Positions 23,332-36,200 of a stretch of DNA of 64,000 bases are shown in pieces; the first letter of the stretch is position 1; every line of letters begins with the position of its first letter. Origin of the DNA: Babesia bigemina (taxonomy: Eukaryota); NCBI RefSeq assembly GCF_000981445.1, contig NC_027216.1, positions 1,612,001 to 1,676,000 on the forward strand, given 5' to 3'. The notes beneath the pieces are model-generated. The model was not told where the DNA came from. It was given only the letters and a program-made list of their open reading frames with translations, and ran no database searches. The translations under genes and the position numbers were made by a program.

Positions 23332-24612
23332 CCGTCTAACTCCTCACCAAGCTGAAAAGTAGCGGATGTAGGGTGGGATTTCCTACCGACTTGGAGGATT
23401 TCCGCGAAGCTTAATCGCCGCAAGTATTAGGATAGCTAATACTATTGTCGATGTGAAGGGTAAGAGGTGGTATGAACATTCTTTGGTCCTTCGACCCATA
23501 GAAAGGTTCGAAAGCGGGTCATACGCGGAGGAAGTTCGTTGCTGATTCTTGGAAATGAAGCTGAAGATGTTTTGATTTCTGAAACCATTCTAGCGCAACC
23601 AGGTTCTCCCCTACGTATGGTGTTATTTTGTCAAGGCACAAAGGAGGATTCAATGTCCGTGACATTGCTTGTCCCTACCCTCATGGATTTGCTGAATTGT
23701 GGCTTCGTGAAGCCTATGTTCAAGCTGATCAACACTGCAGGGCGGTTTTTAGTTTAGACGGTGGCAGTGCTTCGTCAAGCTAGCAGATGCTATTTTTCAG
23801 ATATACAACTTAGTTTTAATGTCAACGCCATAGGCGGATTTCACAAAAGTTCTGCGCGGTATTGGTTTGATCATCGCTATGGTGTTGCAATACCATATCT
23901 AGCATGTATATCATTTCTCACTGTAGCCGCATAAATGTGTATAAGGGTGGAGCGCACAGGCATGCAGCGCGTGCCGTGGTTTGTATGGTTGCTGTGCGAC
24001 TTCTCGGTCGGTTGCCGAGTTTACCGTAGCTTGTGCGTGTGGTCAAAGCTATAGGTAACATGTTGCGATTCGGCCAGCCGTTTCTGCATCCAAAGTAAAA
24101 AATGAAAGACGCCCACAACGTTGCCAGAATGGGTTATGCTATATGTGCTTAACGTTACGCAGTTTATCCAATAGCGTTCATCGGCAGATGTATTGTAGAC
24201 AGTTCAGACATTCAAACATTTGTGTGTTACGCAGGTTAGCATACCGGTAACGTCACGTTTGCGGCTACTGACGCTTAATGAAGAGACTGTGTAAAAATGT
24301 TTCGTTGTTATTGCATCGGAATAACTCTGCAAGCGATCCGATCGTAAACATTCAAACGTTCCGATGTTTGGCAGCGGTGATAAGGCGTTGAAACGTAAAA
24401 AATATTGTACGACAACATTATTTACATTCTCGTGTGACTTTAAATTTACGGCGCCTTTTATCGAGCATTTCCAGTGGTTCGGCGACAACGTTATACGGCG
24501 GTCTACCAGGCCTGCGTCAACGCCTTATAACACCTTTGAATGACTAAATATTATTTATCGCAAAAATCCCAACCACGCAACGCAGATAACATCATTTGAA
24601 GTTGTTGCTATA

Positions 24613-25750
24613 ATGGCAGATATCGCAGCGGCGGTGGAGGAGTTCTCAAAGTTGGACGAATTTTCCAAACCAGACGCCGAGCTTCTAAGCAAAATACTGC
24701 TCAGCCCGGATGTGAAACTGTCGCTGCAGCTTCGCGCGCTCTATTTCTGCCGTGATCTCAAATCCTCGGAATGCGCCACCTTGCTCAAGAAGGCCTTAGA
24801 CGTGCACTATGACGCCTTCCTGAGGTAAGTCGCTAACTAGGACCACTGCAGGCATCTCTAAGCTGGATACTTATCGCTTGCAGACATGAGATCGCCTACG
24901 TTATTGGGCAAGCCGGCTGCGAGGAGGCGTCGGACGTACTGGTTAAACTGCTGGAAGATGAAAACGAGGACCCAATGGTACGACACGAGGTTTGTTACAT
25001 ATGATAAAGGGAAGGTAACTGTTTATTAGGCTGCGGAGGCGATAGCTGCCATCGGTGGGAAGCGGTTCATCGATGTGGTATGTTTCATTGAGGGCACGCA
25101 ACAGCCGTCAGATTAAGAAGTACGAAGATGACCCCTGCGTCGTCGTGCATGACACATGCCGACTGGCGTTGCATTCGCTCCTGAACGGATCCAGTGAGGA
25201 GGACGATGGCAAGGAGGCAATACCCATATGCAGCTGCGTGTCGGCACCCATATCGACGTCGGCATACCGAGCTGTCGATCCCGTGCCATGCACCTCAACT
25301 GAGATGAATGAGAGGACCATGAAGGAACTGGAGGTCGTGCTGCTTGATGAAGCTCTGCCGCTGTACCAGAGATACGAGGCGCTATTTAACATTCGCAACA
25401 TCGGGGGCGACGCTGCCGCCGCCGTTATAGGAGGGGCGCTGGTGGGAGACAAAATATCGGAGGTGTTCCGGCACGAATGTGCGTTCGTGCTCGGTCAGAT
25501 GCAGTCGATGGCTGCATCTGACGCGCTGTTAGAGTGTTTGAAGAACGCAGACGAGGAGCCCATCGCACGCCACGAGGCGGCACTTGCACTCGGATCTTGC
25601 GCCTCAGTATGCAGCGGCGGACGCAACCGCCAGCTCATACTGGACGCCCTCAACGAGTACACCGCGGACCCGGTGAAGGTGGTCGCAGACAGCTGCGTTG
25701 TGGCGCTGGATGTTGTCCACGAAGCAGATAGACTGGCAGCTGCCGCCTAA
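24613..25750 (+). CDS. DOHH: Deoxyhypusine hydroxylase (HEAT-like; yeast YJR070C/LIA1 homolog), 4 exons
   Basis: Four His-Glu motifs after splicing (LRHEIAYVIGQ, VRHEAAEA, FRHECAFVLGQ, ARHEAALALG) and AVDPVP linker. Confidence 0.93.
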
Positions 25751-26614
25751 GCGTGTCGCCTGACGGCATACACTTCTCACATTTTAAATAAAACATCATA
25801 GCGCCCGCGTCGTAATGACTGTAGAGACGGCATTTGCTGGGAATCGGAGCGTGTTGGCATTCGGCAAAATCAGCGCCGAAACCGACGGAACGAGTTGATC
25901 CATCAGCCGATGTGACGGGCATATAATTCAACATTCTACAGCTTTGTGAAGAGCCACGGCTCGCCGTACGGCCGAATTTGGCAGCCGCATAGAGAGCTGT
26001 GTGCGAAGCACACGGTAATAGCAACACGCTGACTACGAGCCGCTAAATGGCCGTACACCTTAGCACACACCACAAACAAAGTGCCAGCGTTCGATGCACT
26101 TGCTTCTACAGAGCAATGGGCGCGGCAAATCGCGCTGCGGTATGGCCATGCTTCCCACAGTGCCCTTGGGTCAAGCCCCCCAACGCCGAGCTCAACTTAT
26201 GCCTTCCCCGGCAGTCTGATACGAGAAGGCAACTGCCAATTGAACAGTTTTGTATAGAGCAGGAAATTTCGGCCACCAACTGCACTTCTCACGAGGTACG
26301 TCGGCTAGTTTCGCTACGCGCGCTCTGCGAGTCGCCACGGCTTTTCCAGCCGCTTAGCACAGCTATGTTAGCCGTTTTTGCCGGGGCGCGCTTCGCTGGA
26401 TGGCTGTAACGTGGCTGTGCTGGTATGCGGCGGTAGACGCGCTCTCGGGCGATGGTCGCTGTCTACTGGTTGGAATAAGCGGATTCCATGCTTGTTACCC
26501 CAGGGAGGGATCCATTTATAAGTGTTAGCCACGCAGATAGTAAAAATCCAAGTATCACGCAACTCTTCATTTGTGCGCAGATACGCAAGAGTCAGCCGAC
26601 CTGTTTCAGTCAAG

Positions 26615-27905
26615 ATGTTTTTCGGCGACTTCGGCATGGGCGGGATGCCCGGAGGTATTCCGCATCCGCGCTCCAGGGAGGTAAGTGCGGCCCCAAGTGC
26701 GACTCACGCGCTCGCAGCCTGTTGACAACGAGAAGTTGTACAAAACGCTCGGACTCTCCAGAGACTGCTCCGAGGGAGAGATCAAGAAAGCGTACTACAA
26801 ACTCGCCATCAAGCACCACCCGGACAAGGGAGGTGACCCCGAGGTCTTCAAGGAGCTCTCCAGAGCGTACGAGATCCTGTCGGATCCCGAGAAGCGGAGG
26901 ATCTATGACGAGCACGGTGAGGAGGGCCTCGACGGCAACTTCTCCGCGGGCGATGCCACCGACATTTTCGACCTATTCTTCGGAGGCGGACGCAAGCAGA
27001 AGGGCAAAAAGCGTGGCGAAGACGTGGTTACGCAGCTCAAGGTCACACTCGAGCAGATCTACAACGGTGCTATGCGCAAGCTAGCCATCAACAAGGAGAT
27101 CGTTTGCGACTCCTGTGACGGTCTGGGAGGCCCGCGTGAGGCCTTGATGTCGTGTGGGCACTGTGGCGGACGCGGTGTGCGTGTGCAGATCCGCCAGATG
27201 GGCGCCATGATCCAGCAGTCCCAGTGCGTCTGCAGCGCCTGCGGCGGGCAGGGCAAGTCCATCGACGACTCCAGGAGGTGCAAGACCTGCTCCGGCAAGG
27301 GTGTGGTGCCTACCAAGAAGATCCTGGAGGTACTCATTGAGCGCGGAGTGCCGGACCAGCACAAGGTCACCTTCCACGGCGAGGCCGACGAGCGCCCGAA
27401 CGAGATCCCCGGCAACGTGGTGTTCATCATCTGCCAGGCGCCGCATGACGATTTCAAGCGCAGCGGGTCGGACCTCATCATGGTGAAGCCAATCAAGCTC
27501 TACGAGGCGCTGACGGGATGCAGCTTCAACATCAAGCACCTGGACGGACGCATGGTCCGTGTCCAGACCCCGCAGAACGAGGTTATCAGGCCGGGCTCCA
27601 TGTTCGTCGTCGAGAACGAGGGAATGCCCGTATACAAAAGCGCCTTCAGCAAGGGCAACCTGTACATCACCTTCGAGGTCGAGTTCCCCGTGGGACGCGT
27701 CTTCTCCTCCAGCGAGAAGGACAAGCTGCTGCAGCTCTTCCCATGCGACACGCAGACAGCCGACGCCGGCGCAAACGTGGAGAACGCCAAGGCGCACGAA
27801 GTGGACCCCGAGGAATTGCAAGATCGGATACGCGCACAGATGCAGGCGGAGCAAGAGCGCGAGGAGGAGCACGACAACGGCCGCGTCCAGTGCAAGCAAC
27901 AGTGA
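26615..27905 (+). CDS. DNAJA: Type I Hsp40/DnaJ (Ydj1/DNAJA-like), 2 exons
   Basis: First exon MFFGDFGMGGMPGG...SRE|gtaagt; J-domain HPD, four CxxCxGxG repeats, C-terminal CKQQ CaaX-type motif. Confidence 0.95.
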
Positions 27906-27979
27906 TTGGCCGATGCGGCCAGCTGGTTGTACTCATCATTAACAAAGTCTGCAACGTTTCTGTAAACTTTAGGCTTTAT

Positions 27980-29869
27980 TCAATTCGTTGCAGCTCCTTT
28001 CTGCGCCTTCTTCTTGCGGCTGACCTTGGCGGCGGCGTTCAGCAGGGTCAAGTCGGCGCCGGGGGGGCCCTTGAGGACGACGCTGTCCTTGCGGGTGACG
28101 GGGGTGGCCACCAGCGTCTGAGTGTCCACGCGCATGTGCACAGCGGCCGAGCCGTCGCCGCGCGACCCTGGCGGACGGTACAGCGACTTGGTCACGGTCT
28201 GCTGCAGAGAGCACGCACCGGGCGACGGCTCACGCTCGGAGAACGTCGCGCCGGGGGCGCACAGACTCACGAGCGCGAGGCCATCCAGGTCGACCTTGTG
28301 AACCAGCTTGCCGCCGTAGCTGAAAATCTTGAAGCAGTTGTCCACCTTCATGCGCGGCACCGTAGTCGCGGTGACGAAGTACCGGCCGTCCGGCGAAAAC
28401 TCGCAGAACACGGCGCAATTAGACTTGCTCTGCGCGATCTTGCACCGTTTCTTTAGGTCCCAAATGTCGATGTCGCCGCTCGAGTTACCGAAACCGGCGA
28501 CCAGCATCAGACGGTCGAAGGGGTCACGCCGGATCGTGTTGCGGTTGCTCCGGCCGAACGTCAGCGACTTATTGCCGTTGTTTCCGTCGTACATATCCAG
28601 CTCGGACGGCATGTTGCCCTTCACGATGATCACGTCGTTGCCCGACTGCGACCACGACACGTCGTGAGCCAGACCCTTGCTGGGTTCCATCATGGTCTTG
28701 TAGTAGCGCTTCATGGGGTGAATCAAAAAGAGCCCGTTGCCGCCGTAGTAAGACTGTAGGCCCTTCACGTGGTTGGTGAACGTGCGGAGTATCGCAGCCG
28801 TCCCAAGCCGGTTCCAGAAAAACTCCCCCTCCTCCGCGGACGAAAACAGTTGCTCGAACACTGGCGTCTGCAGATCAGCCGACGAGAAGATCTTCACCAC
28901 ACCGTCGGCGAACTTCTGCTGGTTCGGCAGGAAGAGCGCAATGAAGCAGGTCCCCTTTTTGCTCTGCGCAACCATGACCCGTTGTCAACCAAGGTTGCAC
29001 AACCGCGCGCAGCCTCAACGCAGGCACCGGCGTACAAACGTAAGCGGCCAGCAGTAGTACCAGCAACGCGTGGCTTTAAGCCCAACTTACCATCGGGGAT
29101 ACTGATATGATCGAGTTGGTGGGGAACGCCTGAGGCGCCTCGGCGCCGCCAGGCAGGCAGATCTTGCCGACCGACCCCTCGGCATTGAAGTCGCCGTCCT
29201 TCCACACCACCAGCTCGCTGCCAACGCGCAGGACGCAAAAGGACTCGCACGGAGTCCAGATGGGGTATCGCTTCACGCAATACGATTTAGTGTAGGGGAT
29301 CGAGTAGACAGGCCTGGCCTCAGAGCCTGAGGGTCGTAAGGCGAGAGCATGACGACTCACCGTCCAAGAGGTATATCACCAGGTTGTTGGGGTTGTGCTC
29401 CGCCCACGCGGTGTGCACCACCAGATACGTGTCCTTAGGACTGAACAGCGCGCCCGAAAGTGTGCAATCTGCGCAATGTCGACGGACCTCGCCACGACCT
29501 ACCAGCGGGCAGCGCGATGGACGTCCTCACCGATCGGGTGAAGGTTTCCACGATTTCCAGAGTCGAAGAACCGGCGCGGCCGATGCAAACCTGGACGCTG
29601 TCACCAGAGACTGCGCGAGCCTACCTCGGCGCCGCTGTGGCTCGGGTAGCAGTGCGTGATATCATTTTCCTCCCACACCAAGCTGCAAGAATCCTCTGCG
29701 CAGAGCTCAGAATTTAAACAAGGCACCGAGTACCTGACGAAGACTCGCCGCGCGGCGAGAAGCGGTACAACTGTGCCTTCTTGCTGTGGGCGATGATGTA
29801 CCAGTCGCGGCCAGAGCGCGCAGGATCGCGCACAGTGAGTGAAGCCACCGCCTCAGAGACGGCGTCCAT
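27980..29869 (-). CDS. eIF2A: Eukaryotic translation initiation factor 2A, multi-exon
   Basis: SYYGGNGL, AGFGNSSGDIDIWD, FSPDGRYFVTATTVPRMKVDN and YRPP motifs. Upstream exons lead to ATG 29869 (MDAVSEAV); 5' exon borders are approximate. Confidence 0.88.
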
Positions 29870-29991
29870 TTTTCCGCCGAGGAAGACGAGAGCAGAGTGT
29901 GCCGATCCACGCCAACTCACACCACAACGGGCATCGGGGGAAGCGGCAAACGCACTAACACGTGCAGACGGCAGAAGACACCGTTACAAAA

Positions 29992-32451
29992 TTAAATTAC
30001 ACGCGTTTGGATGTACAGCACGCGCGACCGCTTCAGCTGCTCTATGGCGGCGCTGACCGATGCGCGCAGCCGTTCCCTGTCTGGCTCGTTGCGGCGCAGC
30101 GACGCGTAGACGGCGCGGCGAAACAGCGGGTCGTCGCGGTCGAAGAAGTCAAGCTGGAACACCCAGTTGTGCTGGTAGTGCTCCTCCGAGATGGAATCGC
30201 CGCACCGCTTGAGCAAGAACTCGTAGTCCGAAAGCGAGCGCATCGCGGCGGTAGGCGACTGGTCCATGTAGCTCTGCAGCATCCCGTCGATCGATGGCAT
30301 CAGCTCCAGGAGGGTCGTCTGGTAAGTGGCGCTGATGGTGCCCAGAAACCGCAGCTTCGCAACCGTTAGGCACGGGCTCTCGTCGTCGGAGCTCAGCGAA
30401 CGCGAGCTGTCGACCACGATGGGAACCGACGTGCGGTTGAACGAGCGCAATTTGGCCACCTTGGCTGCGTTCAGACGCATCTCGGACTCGTTGTCAACAC
30501 GGCTTTTGGTCGACTGCGGCTTTGACTCGGCGGCGTCCAGGTCCGGGTCGAGGCCGGTGGTGTAGGTGCTCAGCAGCAGCTTCCCCGTCAGCGAGTCGTC
30601 CTCAAAGTCCTGCGGGTTCAGCTCCGTGTGCACGATCTTGCACGACTCCATGTTCCGGCGAAGCGATCGATAGGGGGAGGGGCTCTCGAACACCTCGGAG
30701 CCCGCGCATCCGGTACCGCCGCCGAACAGGGTGCCGTGACGGGTGCTGCTGTCCCTCCCGGGTGACGCCATCCGCGAGCTGGCGCGCGATTCCGGGTACG
30801 TGCTGACACCCAGGTAGCTCAATTCGCTGCGAATGGTGGACGGCGACGGCTGGCTCATGGGCCAGTCGGCATGCGGGGTGAACACGCTCGGGGTGACGTC
30901 CCAGTCCTGCGATAGCGCGCCCTCTATGGCGGGCTCACCGTAGTACAGCTCGAAAACGGCCACGTTGGTGTGGAGCTCCAGGTCCAAATCGCGGCTGCTT
31001 GGCTCCACGGACGCCAGCTGCAGACTGGACTGACCGCTGCTGTGGGTCGGTGTGAGCGCCTGGCGCCGTAGACGCGATTCGTTGGACGGCGTCAGCATCA
31101 ACGAGTTCAGCTGGTCCATGAGGGCCACGCACGCCTCGCGGGTGCGGAACGCGACGGTAAAGCTCACACCGAACCGCTTGGGGCCGAACATCAGGACGTC
31201 GCCGTTGCGCAGGGTCGCCCTGCTGCGCAAAGGCACGTTGTTGACGAAGACGGTGGCTTCGGGGTTCATTTTCACAACCTCGACTCGGTAGGAGGCGATG
31301 CCCGTCGAACGCAGCGCATCGGCCGCAGTGTCGCACTTGTGGAAAACGATCTTGCAATGGCGGCCGCACAGGTGACGGTGGACGTCACGGTCAAATGTGA
31401 CGTCACACGACGCATCACTGCCGAACACAAAGGGGGACTTGTTTATCACGATGCGCGGCGGGATGGGCGGGTTCTCCGTCTGCCGCGACGCGTTGCCGCC
31501 CTGGTGCGAAAACAAACGTAGCACGCCTAACTGCGCCTCGGGGGAATATGTGTAACGGCCGTCGTCGACCACGGTGCGCTCCTTGGCGGCGTCCACGACG
31601 CTCGAGATGTCCAAAGTTGGCGGCTCATCGGTGGACTGCTGAGGCAGCTCCGTGGCGGGCACCTGATCCGCACCGCCAGACCCAGTAGGCACGCAGTAAC
31701 CCTCGCAATCCGATTCCACGTAGCCTGAATCGTCGCGATCCTGTACGGCCACTTTAGCTCCCTGGCGGTCTGCGCCCACGGCGGACGACGTGTGCAGGCT
31801 CTGCAGCGTCAGCTGGCGCACCGCCTGATTCGGTGCGCTGACGTCCCGCGAGTCAGGGGCATCAACCTCATCGACTACTGCCAGCGGCGCATCTCTATCG
31901 GTGCTGAGCCGGCTCTGTATCGAGTCCGACCGTGGCGCCACTGCCGATCCGCCCTCAACCGCGACCGGAGGAGGCGACGAGGCGGCGGCGACGCCTGCAG
32001 CGCCCTCATCCACGCTGGCGTAGGCGACGAGCGGCGATGCGCTCCCAGACACGCCGCCGTCGCTCTCGTTGGAAATCGTGCTCTCCAACGTCGATATCGA
32101 ACACGCGCGGTCAGAAATCGAACAGAACTGGCCTCCCTGGTCGGTGCTGGGGACGCTGCAGAAAGAGTTCGACGTGTTACTCCTGATCGACGCCAAGTTC
32201 AGCGAATCCAGCATCACCGACGACACACGCTGCGATTTGTGCTGGTAGTGCCGGCGCCTCGGCGTACGATGCTCGCACCGCCGCTTACGCACCACAGCGG
32301 CGAAGCCGGTGTCCAGCAGTGGCAGCGATTCCTGGCGCAGCAGATCCGAATCGTGCGACTCTTGAGTATCGCACACTGTCGCCTGCGATGCGATGGCATC
32401 CTGTTCCGAGGCGGAACTGGGGCCGCTGGGTTCATTGAGTGTCTCCGGCAT
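29992..32451 (-). CDS. FHA-domain-containing protein with long Ser-rich disordered flanks
   Basis: PFVFGSDASCDV...LCGRHCKI...VFVNNVPL...LRNGDVLMFG matches the FHA pattern. First ATG 32451 (819 aa). Confidence 0.75.
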   Translation of the reverse strand: MPETLNEPSGPSSASEQDAIASQATVCDTQESHDSDLLRQESLPLLDTGFAAVVRKRRCEHRTPRRRHYQHKSQRVSSVMLDSLNLASIRSNTSNSFCSVPSTDQGGQFCSISDRACSISTLESTISNESDGGVSGSASPLVAYASVDEGAAGVAAASSPPPVAVEGGSAVAPRSDSIQSRLSTDRDAPLAVVDEVDAPDSRDVSAPNQAVRQLTLQSLHTSSAVGADRQGAKVAVQDRDDSGYVESDCEGYCVPTGSGGADQVPATELPQQSTDEPPTLDISSVVDAAKERTVVDDGRYTYSPEAQLGVLRLFSHQGGNASRQTENPPIPPRIVINKSPFVFGSDASCDVTFDRDVHRHLCGRHCKIVFHKCDTAADALRSTGIASYRVEVVKMNPEATVFVNNVPLRSRATLRNGDVLMFGPKRFGVSFTVAFRTREACVALMDQLNSLMLTPSNESRLRRQALTPTHSSGQSSLQLASVEPSSRDLDLELHTNVAVFELYYGEPAIEGALSQDWDVTPSVFTPHADWPMSQPSPSTIRSELSYLGVSTYPESRASSRMASPGRDSSTRHGTLFGGGTGCAGSEVFESPSPYRSLRRNMESCKIVHTELNPQDFEDDSLTGKLLLSTYTTGLDPDLDAAESKPQSTKSRVDNESEMRLNAAKVAKLRSFNRTSVPIVVDSSRSLSSDDESPCLTVAKLRFLGTISATYQTTLLELMPSIDGMLQSYMDQSPTAAMRSLSDYEFLLKRCGDSISEEHYQHNWVFQLDFFDRDDPLFRRAVYASLRRNEPDRERLRASVSAAIEQLKRSRVLYIQTRVI

Positions 32452-33204
32452 GGTGAAAACGGTCCAACACCCAAAGTGAACACCGCCCACACAGCACGCT
32501 ACCAGCCCAGCTCCCGCTCCAACCACGCCACCCTCACGTACACCTTTAGGTAGGGGATGACGGCGACGGCACGGCACGGCGCTGCTCCGGTTCCGATTTC
32601 AACGTGACCCGAAACATGCAGTGCGCCTTAGACAGCTATTAGCGTGACCTAAGGGACTGCTACAGATGCCGCTGCCACGTTAGACCGACCGATTCGGCAC
32701 CCCTACGCTAAGGCTAGCAGTGCCGAACCAGAGGACAGACAACCGCAGTCAACCCCGGAGATGGCACATACGGGCTGCCGGGCCGTAGATGGGCGATGCT
32801 GCAGGGCACACGGCTGACCACAGCAAGGTGCGGCGCTGAGTAGCGTAGCCGAAAGGAGCCTCACCGATGTGTAGGCGATAGCGTTTGCGCCCGGAAAAGA
32901 CGGGGGAACTCCCCACACACCCGTGGCCGTCTCCCAGTCAATGCGCCTAAAACTCACACATCTGCGCGATTTTTAACTGTCGGAAGCGGCAGAACACATT
33001 GGCTGCATCAGCGCGTTGATGTAACCCGCCGCATCGACGCTTCGCCTTCCGCTCGTCCCACGCCGGCGCGAAGTCCCGCCAACGAACGCCGCGAGCCGTC
33101 GACGGTTATCCGCCGGGACAGTAGAGCAAATTAAGCGCCAGCCCGACCATCGGGAATCTGCGGTATCGCGCAGCCACGACCGCCCGAACACGCCGCAGAG
33201 CAAC

Positions 33205-36200
33205 ATGAAAAGCAAGAGGAAAGACAACCTCAGCGACGCGGATCTCGCGTACAAGGAGGAGCTCGACACGCTCGTGCGTCAGCTCATCGAATCGCGACTC
33301 GAGGATGCCGCCGCGCAGCCGATCCTCCAGCTGCTGGTGGAGCACGCCACCAGGAGTGGCGGGAACATCACCTCGGTGCCCAAGGCGCTGCAGTTCCTCA
33401 TCGAGCACAAGGCCGCGCTGTACGACCTCTACAGCGCCCACATGAGCGGAACTGGGGACGACAGCTACTCGGTGGTTCTCCTGCTCGAGCTCATGAGCTT
33501 CCTCGACGCCATCGCCACGCCGGACGATGCCACGGAGGACCAGAAGAAGCCAGCGAAGGAGGCAGACAAGTTCAAGCTCATGCTGTACAAGGTGGAGGCG
33601 GTTATGGCGGCCAGGCGCATGCTGGCTAATCCAGCGACGCCCGCGGAGGTGCGCGAGAAAATCGCCAGCCGCAAAATACAGGACTGGGGAAACGAGTACC
33701 TGACCTCGCTGTCCACCCAGATCGTCGCCTTCTTCAACCTGCCGGAGACGCGGGACGTGTACGACTCGCTGCCGCGCTCGTCCGACCAGATGGACGTTGT
33801 GGCTGCGGAAAAGCAGTCGGTGTTGCAAAAGTTCGACACCGCGTTGCTCATTCCAGAGACGCTCAAATTCGCCGAGGAGATCACGGATTACTTCTTCCAA
33901 AACGGGTTCGAGTACGACGCCATCGACCTGCTGCTGGAGGTCGACCTCATCGAGTCGATCCGCAGAAAGTGCGGAAACGACCACGACCTCATCACCAGGG
34001 TCACCTCGTACATCATCTCCATATCGGCCTTCGGCGCGACATACGTCGAAACCAGACGCATGCTCGTCGTCGCGTACGAAATGCTCTTGGAAGCGGGGCG
34101 CTCGGCGGAGGCGCTGCGCATAGCGCTGAAGCTGGACGACCAGGAGAAGGTGAGGGATGTCATATTCGGCTGCACCAACGCAGCCACGCGCCGCCAGCTG
34201 GCGTACATATGCGCCAGCCACGGCAAGTACCTCAGCCTCGCCGAAAAAGGCGGCGCTGAGTCCGTGCTCACGCCTGAGGACCTCGACGAAATCAGGGGCA
34301 TATCCTCAGGCGAGCATCTGAGCGGCTTCTTCCTGATATTGGCGACGGAGCTGGATGTCATCGAGCCAAAGGCGCCGCAGGACATATTCAGGTCGTACCC
34401 AGCCACAAAGCTCAACGCAAACTTCAACATCACCGACGGCAGGCTCTCGAAGAACATGGCGTTCGACTCGGCACTCGGCAACCTCTCGCACACGTTCGTA
34501 AACGCCTTCGTAAACTGCGGCTTTGGAACTGACATGCTTATAAACGTGCCGGATTCGGATTGGGTCTTCCACCACTTCGAATACGGACTCCTGTGCGCGG
34601 CGGCGTCCGTGGGACTCATCAGCCTCTGGAACGTCGAGGAAGGGCTCTCGAAGGTCGACAAGTACGAGTACAGCTCCAACCCATACGTTAAGGCGGGGTC
34701 GTACGCGGCGTACGGCATTTCCAGCTGCAATGTCGTACCGGAGTCAGACCCCTTGTCCGGGCTCCTGCTCGACAAGCTGGAGACCCCAGACAAAACGCTC
34801 TGTTTGGGCGCAGTGCTCGGCGTCGCGTTCGGATACGCGGGCACGCAGCGGGAGAGCCTGCTGGAGTACCTGGTGCCGATCGTCGTGTCGGACGAAACGC
34901 AGTACCCACACGAGTGCAGCGCCATGGCCGCCGTGGCCCTGGGGCTCATATTCGTCGGCTCGGGGAGGCAGGAGGCCTCCGAGGCCATCGTGCAGAAGCT
35001 GCTAGACCTGCCAGACAATACCATGGACATGCCTGCCAAGTGCCAATTCGCGTGCGCGCTAGGTATCCTGCAGCTGGGTAGGATGGACGCGTCCGAGGTT
35101 GTCATCGAAGCACTCAAGGCGGTTGAAGGCGAGCATGGCCGCATCGCAGAACTGATGGTGGAAGCCTGCGCCTACGCGGGCTCAGGCGACGTCATCAGGA
35201 TCCAGCAGTTCCTCAAATGCTGCGCCTCGGCGGAAAACGAACCCAAAGCGAAGGAGGCAAAGCAAGACGCGGATGACGCCATGGAAGTGGATATCCCGCC
35301 GAAGTCGCCCAAACAGTCGGCGATAGATGCGGCGGTGTCCGCGGTGAAAAATGCATCGGAAACGGGAGGCCATGACACCAAGAAGGAGGTCAAACCCGCG
35401 AGAGTGGGATTCAAACTCGATGACGACACCTCCAGTGCCAAGCGCAGCGTAGTGAACCAGTCCTCCGTGGCCATACTGGGCATCGCGCTGACGGCGCTGG
35501 GCGACTCGGTGGGGTGCGCCATGCTGCTCAGGCTCTTCGAGCACCCGCTGGCGTTCGGCAGCCCGTGTGAGCGCCGCGCAGTCCCGCTCGCACTGGCACT
35601 GGCGTACGCCTCGAACCCCAGCCCGCAGGTCATCGACGCCTTGTCGAAGCTCACGCACGACGTCGACTACTACGTCAGCATGCACGCCATATTCGCACTC
35701 GGAATCGTGGGCGCGGGCACGAACAACGCCCGCATCGCGATAAAGCTGCAAAATCTCGCCAGGAGCCACACGAGGGACACCACCGTCACATTTATCATCA
35801 GAATCGCAGCCGGACTCCTCCACATGGGGAAGGGCACCACCACAATATCACCGCTACACTCGGAGGGGCTGCTGCTCCGCAAGACGGCGCTGGCGGGGCT
35901 CCTCGTCACCATGACGGCGGCGCTCGACATGAAGAACACCTTCACGCACTCCATGCCGTTCACGCTGCTCTTCGTGGCGCCCGCCATCAGGCCGCGGTGG
36001 ATGCTGACGCTGCTGCCCAACCTCGAGCACGTGCAGGTACCCTGCCGCGTCGGGAACATGGTCGAGACCACCGGGACGGTGGGCAAGCAGCGCCGCATCT
36101 CGGGATTCCAGACGCACCAGACGCCGGTGCTGGTCGGAGCCTCGGAGCGCGCCGAGCTGGCGACCGAGGAGTACGTGCCGTGCACCACAGTACTCGAAGG

